Assembly (NCBI GenBank): GCA_963665165.1
Contig: OY761989.1
Span: forward strand, 350,417-414,416
DNA length: 64,000 bases
Direction: 5' to 3'
Origin: Arenicellales bacterium
Lineage (GTDB): Bacteria; Pseudomonadota; Gammaproteobacteria; Arenicellales; Poriferihabitantaceae
Below the pieces are notes generated by a model. It did not search any database. It was not told where the DNA came from and worked only from the letters and a program-made list of their open reading frames with translations. Each line of letters begins with the position of its first letter. Within the stretch, counting starts at the first letter, position 1. Shown one piece after another: positions 1-10,386 of this stretch. The position numbers and the translations under genes were made by a program.

Positions 1-113
1 GCTGGAAACCTGCCGGACATCAATCGTCCGGCGATAGTGGAAAAGAAAGGTCTATTTTATATTCTTGTTTCCGTGTAATGTAATCCGATCAACCTCCCAG
101 GAAACGATTAACC

Positions 114-1073
114 ATGAAAGGCGTGATTCTCGATAAAAGCTCATTCGACAAAAACGACATTGCCCTGGTCGGGCTCGAAATCTCCGGGATTGAATGGACC
201 AGTTATCCGGCCACCCGCGCCGGGCAGACCCTGGAGCGGACAAGCCCTCATCAAATCGTGATCACCAACAAGGTTGTGCTGGATCGCGAGCTATTGAGCC
301 GCTGCCCGAATCTGGAATTGATCCTGATTGCGGCAACCGGCACCGACAATGTCGCTCTCGACGCCTGCCGCGAGCAGGGCATCGTGGTCTGTAACGTCCG
401 TCACTACGCAACCCCGGCTGTCGCGCAACATACCATCGCACTGATCCTGAACCTGCTTACCAGCCAGACCCGGTATCTCCATGATGTGCAACAGGGAAAC
501 TGGAGCGGCAGCGATGTGTTCTGCCTGCTGGACCACCCGATTCGCGAAGCCAGCGACAAAACACTGGGGATCATCGGTTACGGCACGCTGGGCCGGAAGG
601 TGGCGGCAATCGCCGAGGCGCTGGACATGCAGGTATTGCTGTGCCAGAGACCCGGGTCGGAAGGCGCGCCTGAAGCTGGCCGTGTGCGCTTCGATGAATT
701 GCTCGAACGCTCGGACATCATATCGCTTCACTGCCCCCTGAATGCCGACACGCATCATCTGTTCGACGACCAAGCGTTCAGAAAAATGAAGAAATCCGCG
801 ATCCTTGTGAATACCGCGCGAGGCGCCATCATTGATTCCGCCGCGCTGGCCGATGCGCTCGAAAACGGTGAAATAGCGGGAGCCGGTATTGACGTACTGG
901 ACATTGAGCCGCCGCCGCCCGATCATCCACTGTTGCAAATCCGCCGGCCCAACCTGTTGATTACCCCTCACAATGCCTGGGGATCCAGGGAAACCAGGCA
1001 ACGACTGGTTGACGCCTTGTCGGCAAACCTGGTCGGATGGCTGAACGGTCGCCCGGTCAATGTGGTCAGTTAA
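114..1073 (+). CDS. D-isomer-specific 2-hydroxyacid dehydrogenase (glycerate dehydrogenase/hydroxypyruvate reductase-like)
   Basis: 319 aa; ATGTDNV, GIIGYGTLG Rossmann motif, SLHCPL, NTARG, DVLDIEPP, TPHNAW. Confidence 0.9.
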   Translation: MKGVILDKSSFDKNDIALVGLEISGIEWTSYPATRAGQTLERTSPHQIVITNKVVLDRELLSRCPNLELILIAATGTDNVALDACREQGIVVCNVRHYATPAVAQHTIALILNLLTSQTRYLHDVQQGNWSGSDVFCLLDHPIREASDKTLGIIGYGTLGRKVAAIAEALDMQVLLCQRPGSEGAPEAGRVRFDELLERSDIISLHCPLNADTHHLFDDQAFRKMKKSAILVNTARGAIIDSAALADALENGEIAGAGIDVLDIEPPPPDHPLLQIRRPNLLITPHNAWGSRETRQRLVDALSANLVGWLNGRPVNVVS

Positions 1074-1087
1074 GCCGGACAGACGGA

Positions 1088-2242
1088 ATGGATACGACTG
1101 GGGACGCCATTCCGCTCTCCCTTTATATTCATTTTCCCTGGTGCGTCAAAAAGTGCCCCTATTGCGACTTCAACTCGCACACGTTTTCAGGAGATTTCCC
1201 GGAACAACGCTATATAGAAAGCCTGAAAGCCGATTTCGATACCGATGTTCGCCGGTTGAATCCGGCGCGCAGGCTCAGTTCGATTTTTCTGGGAGGCGGC
1301 ACCCCCAGCCTGTTCCGGGGAAAGTCGATTGCGTCCCTGCTTGAATTCGTCGGGCAAAAAATCGAATTCGAACCGGATATGGAAATCACCCTGGAAGCCA
1401 ATCCGGGGACACTGGAATACGACCGGTTTGAAACTTATCTCGAAGCCGGGGTCAATCGCCTGTCGATCGGCGCCCAGAGTTTCAACAATCGACACCTGGA
1501 TATCCTGGGTAGAATTCACAACGCCGAAGCGGCTGACCGCGCGGTCACCCATGCCAGGCGGGCGGGTTTCACCAACCTCAACCTCGACATCATGTTCGGC
1601 CTGCCCGGACAGACACCGGCCATGGCGCTGGATGACTGTGACCGGGCCGTGGACCACTCACCGGAACATTTGTCGCTTTATCAACTGACTCTGGAACCGA
1701 ACACCTGGTTCCATCGAAATCCGCCTGACTTGCCGGACGAAGATGTGCGCGCAGATATGCAGGATGCCATCGCGAACCGACTGGATCAAAGCGGTTATAC
1801 GCGCTATGAGGTGTCCGCTTACGCCAAACCGGGCAGACAATGCGTCCACAACCTGAATTACTGGCAATTTGGCGACTACCTGGGTATCGGCGCCGGCGCT
1901 CACTCCAAAGTGACGGACCGCGACGGCATCACCCGCGCATGGAAACAGAAAAGACCGGAGACCTACATGTCCTCCGTCAACGCCGGAAAACCCTGGCGTT
2001 ATCCGGCAAGGGTGGCGCGGGACGACATTCTGTTCGAATGTCTGTTAAATGCGTTGAGACTCAAAAACGGTATTGATGTTAATATGTTGGAACTTCGAAC
2101 CGGATTGTGCATGGAAACGGCCGCGCATGCGCTGGACGGACCGATTTCACAGGGCCTGTTGCAAATATCCGGCAACCGGCTTCGATGCACGGAAAAAGGA
2201 TATCGATTTATCGACGAAATTCTGCAACAACTGCTGGCTTGA
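1088..2242 (+). CDS. hemW: Radical SAM heme chaperone HemW (HemN-like)
   Basis: LYIHFPWCVKKCPYCDFNSH (CxxxCxxC), GGGTPS, EANP, HNLNYW, YLGIGAGAH; ATG at 1088 preferred over the ORF-track start. Confidence 0.9.
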   Translation: MDTTGDAIPLSLYIHFPWCVKKCPYCDFNSHTFSGDFPEQRYIESLKADFDTDVRRLNPARRLSSIFLGGGTPSLFRGKSIASLLEFVGQKIEFEPDMEITLEANPGTLEYDRFETYLEAGVNRLSIGAQSFNNRHLDILGRIHNAEAADRAVTHARRAGFTNLNLDIMFGLPGQTPAMALDDCDRAVDHSPEHLSLYQLTLEPNTWFHRNPPDLPDEDVRADMQDAIANRLDQSGYTRYEVSAYAKPGRQCVHNLNYWQFGDYLGIGAGAHSKVTDRDGITRAWKQKRPETYMSSVNAGKPWRYPARVARDDILFECLLNALRLKNGIDVNMLELRTGLCMETAAHALDGPISQGLLQISGNRLRCTEKGYRFIDEILQQLLA

Positions 2243-2310
2243 GACAACAGAAACACGGCCTGACTGTGTTATCTTTGCGCCTTGCCCTTGAAGTCCGGGA
2301 ACATTCCGCG

Positions 2311-2928
2311 TTGCCTGTACGTATTTTATTGCTGTTTTTATTTTTGGCTGTCCCGCCTGCGGCCATCGCAGACGGGCAGACATGGGACGTATCCGGTCTG
2401 ATGCATCGGTTTTCCGGAATCGTACATGCAAAACTGGTTTTCAGGGAAACCAGGAACTCGGCTTTCATCGTAACCGACCTCGTTACAACCGGGAGTATCG
2501 AGTACCGCCGACCGGACTATATCGAGAAAAATGTCGTATCGCCGATTGCAGAAAAAATCGTAATCGCCGGTGATTACGTGTCGATAGAAAAAGTCGTTCA
2601 CCAGAGAAAAGGCGAGGATGTGGTGCAAATCCAGAAATACCCGGTACAATCCCATCCGGTTCTGGCAACCGCAGTTGCAAGTCTCCGGGCAATACTGGAT
2701 GGAGACGAGACCCTGATCAGACAAGACTTTGAAATCGAACTGGAAGGCAGTCGCGCCGACTGGCAACTCAATCTCATTCCGGATAATCCGGAAATCCTGA
2801 AATACTTTGACCGGATAACGCTCCATGGCAGCGATGCCCGCATTCGGAAAATAGTCTCGGTCCTGGCCGATGGGGACCAATCCATGCTTGAGTTGACCTA
2901 CCAGCTTCTGCAACCAACCAACCCATGA
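2311..2928 (+). CDS. LolA-like periplasmic carrier protein
   Basis: Signal-peptide-like start at TTG 2311 (PVRILLLFLFLAVPPAAIA); F-x-E-x-R...G-x-I-x-Y-x-x-P and W-x-L-x-L-x-P pattern of LolA-related proteins; directly upstream of an MMPL gene. Confidence 0.65.
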   Translation: MPVRILLLFLFLAVPPAAIADGQTWDVSGLMHRFSGIVHAKLVFRETRNSAFIVTDLVTTGSIEYRRPDYIEKNVVSPIAEKIVIAGDYVSIEKVVHQRKGEDVVQIQKYPVQSHPVLATAVASLRAILDGDETLIRQDFEIELEGSRADWQLNLIPDNPEILKYFDRITLHGSDARIRKIVSVLADGDQSMLELTYQLLQPTNP

Positions 2929-2934
2929 ACGGCT

Positions 2935-5262
2935 GTGGATTCTGCGCGTAACAAAGCGTTTCTGATGCTGTGCATTCTTGCGTTTGCGCTATTCACGATC
3001 TTCACTCGATTCAACGTATCGACCGACATCGGAATATTTCTCCCGGAGCCTGAAACCCGGTTCGAAAAACTGTTGCATCACCAACTGGACAACGGGGCGT
3101 CAACCGGCATTATTCTATTGGCCTTTTCCGGGTTGCCTTCAACAGGGCTTGCCGAATTCAACCAGGCCTTTACTGACAAACTGAGGGCTTCCGAAACATT
3201 CGACAAAATCACCAATGGAGCATCGGAATCCAGCGATGAGGTTCTTTCCTTTCTGGAAATGTACCGATATTTGCTGACTCGCAATAACCTGACAGAACAG
3301 TTTTCGATACCCGGTTTGAAGTCGGCGCTCAATGCCAGGCTGGATGAACTGTATTCCTCCGCCGCCGTTCTTGAAAAACGCTTCCTGCGCAAGGATCCGA
3401 CAGGCGAAATTCTGGATTTGCTGGAAAACTGGCAAGGCCGGGTGAGCCGTCATAAAAAACCGGAGGAATTACACGGAGTCTGGTTCTCCGCGGACCATCA
3501 GCGCACGCTGGTTCTGATTGAAGTCGGGGCTGATATCACCCAGATGGAAAACCAGGAGGCAGTGGTCGAGGAAATCCGGTCCACCCTTGATGCCGTGAAA
3601 CCGCCGGGATTGAATGTGATCATGGCAGGCCCGACGGTGTTCGCCGTCGAATCCGCACAGAATATCCGGGATGATATAAAAAACCTGTCCATGATGGCGA
3701 TACTGCTGGTGGTTTTGTTTATCTCGGCTGCCTATCGGTCCATCCGCATGGTCGTGCTGACCATACTGCCATTAGTGATTGGCGTGATCGTGGCGACCGC
3801 ATCCGTTTTACTTTTCTACGAACAAATCCACGACATCACTCTGGTATTCGGAATCACCCTGGCGGGAGTCGCCGTGGACTATCCGATTCATCTGCTGACC
3901 AGTGGCCTGAGCCGAAACCTGAAGGACGAGAGAAACAAATTGCAAAAGGTGTGGCGCACATTGCGGCTCGGCGTTTTTTCCACGATCATCGCTTATGCCG
4001 CGTTTCTGTTGTCCGGCTTTGGCGGATTACAGCAATTGGGAACATTCACCATTGTGGGACTGGTGACTGCGGCGCTGTTTTCACGGTGGGTGCTGCCATT
4101 CATTGCCGACCATCGGGGGCCGCCCTCGGGATTATCCGGGGTTCATGGCAGATTGAAAACACTGGGTCGGTCAGCCGCCCGGTTTCGGCTGGTGGTGGTA
4201 ACGATGCTTGGGGTTTCGGCGGCTGTGTTGTTGTTCCATGAAAATCCGGTGTTGCACCTGAATGTGGATTCACTCAGCCCGATCAAGGACCAAAGGAGGG
4301 CGGAAGGAAAAATGTTGCGGGAAGATATCGGATTCTGGTACGGCGGCAGCATGCTGATGATGACCGCAATGGACAAGGAAGATGTGCTGCGAATGAGCGA
4401 AAATCTGGAACCCGGCCTGGATGACCTGATAGAAGCCGGCGTTCTCGAAGGCTTCGACATGGCTTCGCACTTTCTACCGAGCCAACAACGACAGTCAATG
4501 CGGAAGGAACAATTGAAAGAGGTGGATTCAATTCGTAAAAACCTGACCGAAGCGCTCGCGGATTTCCCTTTTCAGGAAAATGTGTTTGACCCTGCAATCG
4601 AGGATATCCGGGCGCTGGACAGACTTGAAACACTGGATATAGCCAGTCTGGAAGACACCCCCATCGGCAAAAAACTGGATCCGTTACTGTTTGATTTTGA
4701 AGACGGGGCAGCGGGCGTGATTCTCCTGCACGGTGTCCGCGACGAGGCGGCGATAGAACGTTTCGCCGACGAATACGGGGAAGTCGATTACATGCGCCTG
4801 AGGTCGGCGTCAACGGCCCTGGTTGCCAAGAGCGTAAACCGGGTCGCTCTGTCCATGATCGCTTGTATCACGATTATCTATATATCGCTGTCGCTGGGAT
4901 TCAAAAGCCTGACACGGCCATTGAAAATCATGGTGCCAACCTTTTCAGCGGCGTTGACCGTAGCCGCCATACTGGTTTTCAGCGGTCATCCGCTCAGTAT
5001 TTTCCACCTGATCTCGTTGTTGCTTGTGGTCGGTCTGGGTCTGGATTATGCTTTGTTTTTCAACCGGCTTCCCGAAAATGACGATGAGTGGGATACGACG
5101 TTCAAGTCCATCTGGGTATGCGGGATCACTACTATGCTGGTATTCGGCGTGCTTTCCCTGTCCTGGACGCCACCTCTGGAAGCAATCGGGTTAACCGTCG
5201 GTATCGGTACTTTCATCAGCATTGTATTTGCAGCAATGTGGGCTGCCGTCCCCGAAAAATGA
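2935..5262 (+). CDS. MMPL/RND-family exporter
   Basis: 775 aa; two repeats of periplasmic loop plus TM bundle; GVAVDYPIH and GLGLDYALF motifs. Confidence 0.85.
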   Translation: MDSARNKAFLMLCILAFALFTIFTRFNVSTDIGIFLPEPETRFEKLLHHQLDNGASTGIILLAFSGLPSTGLAEFNQAFTDKLRASETFDKITNGASESSDEVLSFLEMYRYLLTRNNLTEQFSIPGLKSALNARLDELYSSAAVLEKRFLRKDPTGEILDLLENWQGRVSRHKKPEELHGVWFSADHQRTLVLIEVGADITQMENQEAVVEEIRSTLDAVKPPGLNVIMAGPTVFAVESAQNIRDDIKNLSMMAILLVVLFISAAYRSIRMVVLTILPLVIGVIVATASVLLFYEQIHDITLVFGITLAGVAVDYPIHLLTSGLSRNLKDERNKLQKVWRTLRLGVFSTIIAYAAFLLSGFGGLQQLGTFTIVGLVTAALFSRWVLPFIADHRGPPSGLSGVHGRLKTLGRSAARFRLVVVTMLGVSAAVLLFHENPVLHLNVDSLSPIKDQRRAEGKMLREDIGFWYGGSMLMMTAMDKEDVLRMSENLEPGLDDLIEAGVLEGFDMASHFLPSQQRQSMRKEQLKEVDSIRKNLTEALADFPFQENVFDPAIEDIRALDRLETLDIASLEDTPIGKKLDPLLFDFEDGAAGVILLHGVRDEAAIERFADEYGEVDYMRLRSASTALVAKSVNRVALSMIACITIIYISLSLGFKSLTRPLKIMVPTFSAALTVAAILVFSGHPLSIFHLISLLLVVGLGLDYALFFNRLPENDDEWDTTFKSIWVCGITTMLVFGVLSLSWTPPLEAIGLTVGIGTFISIVFAAMWAAVPEK

Positions 5263-5288
5263 CAGGCGGTTTTTAACCGGGATCATTC

Positions 5289-6854
5289 ATGGAATCGGAC
5301 CGAAACCAACCAAATATTCTTGTGGTCATGGCGGACCAGTTGAGCGCCAGGGCGTTGGGATGCTATGGAAACGATGAAGTTTACAGCCCCAATATCGATA
5401 CTCTGGCAAGTCAAGGGGTTTTGTTCCAGAACGCCTATACCAGCAGCCCGTTGTGTGCGCCAGCGCGATATGCCTTCATGACCGGGCAGAATATTTCCCG
5501 CTGCGGAGGTTATGACAACGCCGCCTACCTGCCGTCGACGATGCCGACTTTCGCCCATTATCTGCGTATGATGGGATATCGCACCTGTCTTTCGGGAAAG
5601 ATGCACTTCGTCGGCGCCGACCAGCTTCATGGATTTGAGGAACGGGTCACGACCGACATCTATCCCGCCGATTTCGGCTGGGTACCGGACTGGACGAACC
5701 CGAACCGGCGCATTGACCTGTGGTATCACAACATGTCAAGCGTAACCCAGGCCGGGGTGGCGTGTATCACCAACCAACTGGCCTATGACGATGAGGTTGG
5801 CGCCCGGGCAATGCGTGTAATCTACGACCATGCGCGGTCCGAAGACTCCCGGCCATTGTGCCTGGTAACCAGTTTCATCCACCCCCACGACCCTTATGCA
5901 ACCCGGCAAAAATACTGGGACCTTTACGACGATGTGGATATTTCGCTGCCGTCGGTTCCACGACCGTCCGTTCAGCCGGACCCCCATAATCAACGCCTGG
6001 AAAACGCGATTGCGATTGATTCGGTTGAGCTTGACGATCATCAGATCGTCAATGCCCGGCGCGCCTATTACGCCAATGTCTCCTACGTGGATGAGTGGCT
6101 GGGGCGATTGCGGGACACGCTGGACGAGTGCGGACTGAGTGGGAATACCGTCATCATTGTGACCGCGGATCACGGCGACATGCTCGGTGAATATGGATTA
6201 TGGTACAAAATGTCATTCCGGGAGTGGTCTTGCCGAATTCCGATGATCATTAACCATCCAACCGCATTGCCGCCACGCAAGGTCAGCCATCCGGTTTCCC
6301 TGGTTGATGTGCTGCCGACCTTGCTGGATATTGCGTCGGCTGGCGCCGATACCAACAAGCCGGAGGCCATCGACCCCCTGGACGGGCGCAGCCTGTATCC
6401 ATTGTGCTCAGGCGAAGAATCCGGGGACCCGAACAGAACGGTCAGTGAATATCTGGCCGAAGGAACCGCGGCTCCGATGCTGATGATCCGCTCTTCCCGC
6501 TACAAGTACATTACCTGTGCAACCGACCCGGACCAGCTTTTCGATCTGGAAAACGATCCGGACGAAACCACCAATCTGGCTGGCGACCCGGCTTTCTCCG
6601 CGCTGGTCAGGGACTTTGAAAACCAGGCCGAAAAACACTGGGACGCCGAACAGCTGCGGCAAACCGTGATCAACGACCAGAACCGGCGAAGAAAGGTTCA
6701 TAGGGCGCTCACCATCGGCAAACGGCAAAGCTGGGATTACAACCCGGAGCGCAATGCCGCCGAGGAATACACCCGAAGCCACCAGGACCTGACCCGCCTC
6801 GATATATCCTCCCGATTCCCGCGGCCCGCCCCGTTCAACCCGAAATACAGGTAA
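5289..6854 (+). CDS. betC: Choline sulfatase
   Basis: PNILVVMADQL, SPLCAPAR (CxPxR formylglycine motif), GKMHFVG, TTDIYPADFGW, WYHNM, DHGDMLGE. Confidence 0.9.
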   Translation: MESDRNQPNILVVMADQLSARALGCYGNDEVYSPNIDTLASQGVLFQNAYTSSPLCAPARYAFMTGQNISRCGGYDNAAYLPSTMPTFAHYLRMMGYRTCLSGKMHFVGADQLHGFEERVTTDIYPADFGWVPDWTNPNRRIDLWYHNMSSVTQAGVACITNQLAYDDEVGARAMRVIYDHARSEDSRPLCLVTSFIHPHDPYATRQKYWDLYDDVDISLPSVPRPSVQPDPHNQRLENAIAIDSVELDDHQIVNARRAYYANVSYVDEWLGRLRDTLDECGLSGNTVIIVTADHGDMLGEYGLWYKMSFREWSCRIPMIINHPTALPPRKVSHPVSLVDVLPTLLDIASAGADTNKPEAIDPLDGRSLYPLCSGEESGDPNRTVSEYLAEGTAAPMLMIRSSRYKYITCATDPDQLFDLENDPDETTNLAGDPAFSALVRDFENQAEKHWDAEQLRQTVINDQNRRRKVHRALTIGKRQSWDYNPERNAAEEYTRSHQDLTRLDISSRFPRPAPFNPKYR

Positions 6855-6865
6855 TCAGCGGCGTC

Positions 6866-8215
6866 TCACCGGAGGGTGACCAGCTCTTCTGCCGCGGTGG
6901 GGTGAATGGCGACCGTGTTGTCGAAATCCCTTTTGGTTGCGCCCATCTTGATTGCGACCGCAAATCCCTGGATCATTTCATCCGCGCCCCGGCCAACCAC
7001 ATGACAGCCGACCACTCTTTCGTTTTCACCCTGCACAATCAGTTTCATCAATGTCCGTGGTTTGTGTTCGGTAACCGCGAAATACATGTCGACAAACTCG
7101 CTTTTGTATACCCGGATGGTATCGGCGCCGTATTTTTCGATGGCCCGGTATTCTGACAGGCCGACCGTGCCGACCGGCGGATGCGAAAAAATGACCGTGG
7201 GAATATTGCTGTAATCGAGCTTCGCCTCCGCTTGATCGTCAAACAGCCGATCGGACAACCTGCGCCCCGCCGCGATCGCCACCGGAGTCAGTTGCGCCCT
7301 CGGGGTCACATCGCCAACGGCATGAATATTGCTTGCCGTGGTGTTCTGAAACTCATCGGTTTCAATATAACCGCGCGAGTCCACACGAACCCCGGCGGCA
7401 TCAAGAGCCAGCCTCTCCACGCCGGGATGGCGGCCAACCGCCCAGATAATGCAGTCGTAACCGTCCTTGCCGGAGCCATCCAGGTCGCGGTATCCGAGGC
7501 TGCCGGAATTCCTGACCAGGGAACCGATTGCGACATTGGGAAGAATTTCAATGCCCGACGCGACCATCTCCCTCATGACCGCCTGGTGTATATCGTGGTC
7601 GAATGTTCGCAGCAATTTATCCTTGCGCAACAGGATCGACACACGGCTGCCCAGCCCGTGCATCAACCCGGCCAGTTCGGTCGCGATATAGCCCGCGCCG
7701 ATCACCAGTATTCTCCGGGGCTGGTGGTCCAGTTCGAAGAATCCGTCACTGGTAATGCCGTACCGGGCGCCCGGAATGTCCGGAACGGTGGGGCTGCCGC
7801 CCGTGGCAATCAGGATGTGCCGGGCCGAATAGTCCTCCCCGTTCACGGTCACGGTACGGCCGTCCGCAAACCTCGCGACTCCTTCCACGACTTGCACACC
7901 GGATTGATCCAGGTTGCTCCGGTAGATGTCGTTCAACCGCTTGATATAGCGATCCCTGGAGGACTTGATGGCCGACCAGTCAAAGCCGTTTTCGTTGACA
8001 TCGAACCCGTAATGCCCCGCTATTTCCAGCGTCTCCCCGATCTGCGACGTGATCCACATGACTTTTTTGGGTACACATCCGACATTGACACAGGTGCCTC
8101 CCAGCCGGTCGGCTTCAATCAGCAAAACCCGCGCTCCGTATTGCGCGGCCCGCCGGGCCGAAGCGATACCGCCGCTGCCTCCGCCAATCACGATAAAATC
8201 ATACTGTTTATTCAT
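6866..8215 (-). CDS. gor: Glutathione-disulfide reductase
   Basis: [19 protein letters not shown] redox disulfide, C-terminal [16 protein letters not shown] 8215 with upstream GAGGAG/GGAG. Confidence 0.95.
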   Translation of the reverse strand: MNKQYDFIVIGGGSGGIASARRAAQYGARVLLIEADRLGGTCVNVGCVPKKVMWITSQIGETLEIAGHYGFDVNENGFDWSAIKSSRDRYIKRLNDIYRSNLDQSGVQVVEGVARFADGRTVTVNGEDYSARHILIATGGSPTVPDIPGARYGITSDGFFELDHQPRRILVIGAGYIATELAGLMHGLGSRVSILLRKDKLLRTFDHDIHQAVMREMVASGIEILPNVAIGSLVRNSGSLGYRDLDGSGKDGYDCIIWAVGRHPGVERLALDAAGVRVDSRGYIETDEFQNTTASNIHAVGDVTPRAQLTPVAIAAGRRLSDRLFDDQAEAKLDYSNIPTVIFSHPPVGTVGLSEYRAIEKYGADTIRVYKSEFVDMYFAVTEHKPRTLMKLIVQGENERVVGCHVVGRGADEMIQGFAVAIKMGATKRDFDNTVAIHPTAAEELVTLR

Positions 8216-8414
8216 CAACTCCACTCCTCATGGATAATCAATCCGTTACCGGATGCCCTGGCCTTGCCCGGTTCAACCGTGATCGTACCCAAATAGCGAC
8301 CAGGATTGAAGCCCGCTTCGACACTCCCGTGGAATCCCCGTATCCCTTGCAAGCCGCTTGAATGTTGCAGACGGGTTTTTATAAAATAACCTGAATTTCA
8401 ATCCGGACAGAAAA

Positions 8415-9524
8415 ATGCAAACAAGAGCAGCGGTAGCTTATGAGGCAGGCAAGCCCCTGGAAATAGAAACGGTCGAGCTGGATGGTCCGAAAGCAGGCGA
8501 AGTACTGGTCGAAATCAAGGCCACCGGGATTTGCCATACCGATGAATTTACCCGTTCGGGCGCCGATCCCGAGGGACTTTTTCCGGCGATCCTGGGGCAT
8601 GAAGGGGCCGGAGTGGTCGTTGCGGTGGGCGAAGGCGTAACCAGCCTGAGCGAAGGCGACCATGTCATTCCCCTGTATACACCTGAATGCCGGCAATGCG
8701 AATATTGCACCAGCGGCAAAACCAACCTGTGCCAGGCGATTCGCGCCACCCAGGGCCAGGGCATCATGCCCGATGGCACCAGCCGGTTTTCGATCGGTCA
8801 TCAGAAGCTGTTTCATTATATGGGAACCTCAACTTTTTCCAACCATACCGTTCTGCCTGAAATAGCGCTGGCAAAAATTCGGTCCGATGCGCCATTTGAC
8901 AAGGTTTGCTACATCGGATGCGGTGTCACCACGGGGATTGGCGCGGTGATCAATACCGCCAAAGTGCAGCCGGGCGATAATGTCGTTGTTTTTGGCCTGG
9001 GCGGTATCGGCCTCAATGTGGTTCAGGGCGCGCGGATGGCCGGGGCTGACAAGATTGTCGGAGTGGATATCAACCCCGGTCGACAGGCCCTGGCTGAAAA
9101 ATTCGGCATGACGCACTTTGTCGATCCGACCGCGGTCGAGGGTGACCTGGTGCCGTACATCGTCGATCTTACCGGCGGCGGCGCGGACTACAGTTTTGAA
9201 TGCGTCGGCAATACCGACCTGATGCGCCAGGCGCTGGAATGCTGCCACAAGGGATGGGGTGAAAGTGTCATTATCGGGGTGGCGGGAGCAGGCCAGGAAA
9301 TCAGTACACGGCCTTTCCAGCTCGTCACCGGGCGAGTCTGGCGCGGCACCGCGTTCGGTGGCGCGCGCGGCAGAACCGATGTACCCAAAATCGTCGATTG
9401 GTACATGGAGGGTAAAATAAACATTGACGACCTGATCACCCACAAAATGCCGCTGGACAAGATCAATGACGCATTTGACCTGATGCATGCCGGGGAGTCG
9501 ATTCGAAGCGTGGTCGAGTTCTGA
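8415..9524 (+). CDS. frmA: S-(hydroxymethyl)glutathione dehydrogenase / class III alcohol dehydrogenase
   Basis: GICHTD, GHEGAG, Zn-binding CxxCxxCx7[22 protein letters not shown]. Confidence 0.96.
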   Translation: MQTRAAVAYEAGKPLEIETVELDGPKAGEVLVEIKATGICHTDEFTRSGADPEGLFPAILGHEGAGVVVAVGEGVTSLSEGDHVIPLYTPECRQCEYCTSGKTNLCQAIRATQGQGIMPDGTSRFSIGHQKLFHYMGTSTFSNHTVLPEIALAKIRSDAPFDKVCYIGCGVTTGIGAVINTAKVQPGDNVVVFGLGGIGLNVVQGARMAGADKIVGVDINPGRQALAEKFGMTHFVDPTAVEGDLVPYIVDLTGGGADYSFECVGNTDLMRQALECCHKGWGESVIIGVAGAGQEISTRPFQLVTGRVWRGTAFGGARGRTDVPKIVDWYMEGKINIDDLITHKMPLDKINDAFDLMHAGESIRSVVEF

Positions 9525-10379
9525 TTGCCGGAAGCGAACTTGGAAATCCTGAGTGAACAACGCTGCTTTGGCGGCGTCCAGGGGATATACCGTCATGACT
9601 CGGTCGAGACCGGGACAGCGATGCAATTCTCGGTGTTTCAGCCAGGCATGGCAGAGCGCGCCGCGTTGCCGGTATTGTGGTACCTGTCGGGCCTGACCTG
9701 TACGGAAGAGAATTTTACCGTAAAGGCGGGAGCCCAACGATTTGCGGCAGAGCATGGCCTGATCCTGATCGCGCCGGATACCAGCCCGCGCGGAGCCGGC
9801 GTTCCGGGAGAGGATGACGACTATGATTTCGGCGCCGGCGCGGGATTCTATGTCGATGCGACCCAATCGCCCTGGGACCGGAACTATCGGATGTACAGTT
9901 ATGTGACCCGGGAATTGCCGTCGCTGGTATTTGAACATTTTCCGGTGAGGCGGGACGCACAGGGAATAACGGGGCATTCGATGGGCGGACACGGCGCTCT
10001 CGTCATCGGCCTGAAAAATCCGAAAATCTATCGATCCATTTCCGCGTTTTCACCAATCTGCTCGCCGGTCAATTGCCCATGGGGACAAAAGGCGCTATCC
10101 GGTTACCTCGGTAATGAGCGTGACTCCTGGCGGAAATACGATTCGGTATGCCTGATTGAACAGGGCTGCCGCAGCGGGGAAATTCTGGTGGATCAGGGTG
10201 TGGCGGATAATTTTCTGCAGAACCAGCTTAAACCGGAGCTATTGCGACAGGCTTGTGAAAAAACCGGGCAGCCACTGGTACTCAGAATGCAGCCCGGCTA
10301 CGACCACAGTTATTTCTTTATCGCTTCATTTATTGAAGATCACATCCGATTCCACGCCAACCGACTGGCAACCGGTTAG
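9525..10379 (+). CDS. fghA: S-formylglutathione hydrolase
   Basis: LSGLTC, PDTSPRG, GAGFY, GHSMGG nucleophile motif, GYDHSY; TTG start immediately after the frmA stop. Confidence 0.95.
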   Translation: MPEANLEILSEQRCFGGVQGIYRHDSVETGTAMQFSVFQPGMAERAALPVLWYLSGLTCTEENFTVKAGAQRFAAEHGLILIAPDTSPRGAGVPGEDDDYDFGAGAGFYVDATQSPWDRNYRMYSYVTRELPSLVFEHFPVRRDAQGITGHSMGGHGALVIGLKNPKIYRSISAFSPICSPVNCPWGQKALSGYLGNERDSWRKYDSVCLIEQGCRSGEILVDQGVADNFLQNQLKPELLRQACEKTGQPLVLRMQPGYDHSYFFIASFIEDHIRFHANRLATG

Positions 10380-10386
10380 CGGCGGT

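Noticed and set aside
7181..8296. 371-aa plus-strand ORF, and similar long antisense ORFs (8829-9992, 12765-13784, 21546-22382, 51561-52502, 61874-62740)
   Set aside because: Shadow frames opposite well-conserved genes in GC-rich DNA; no recognisable motifs
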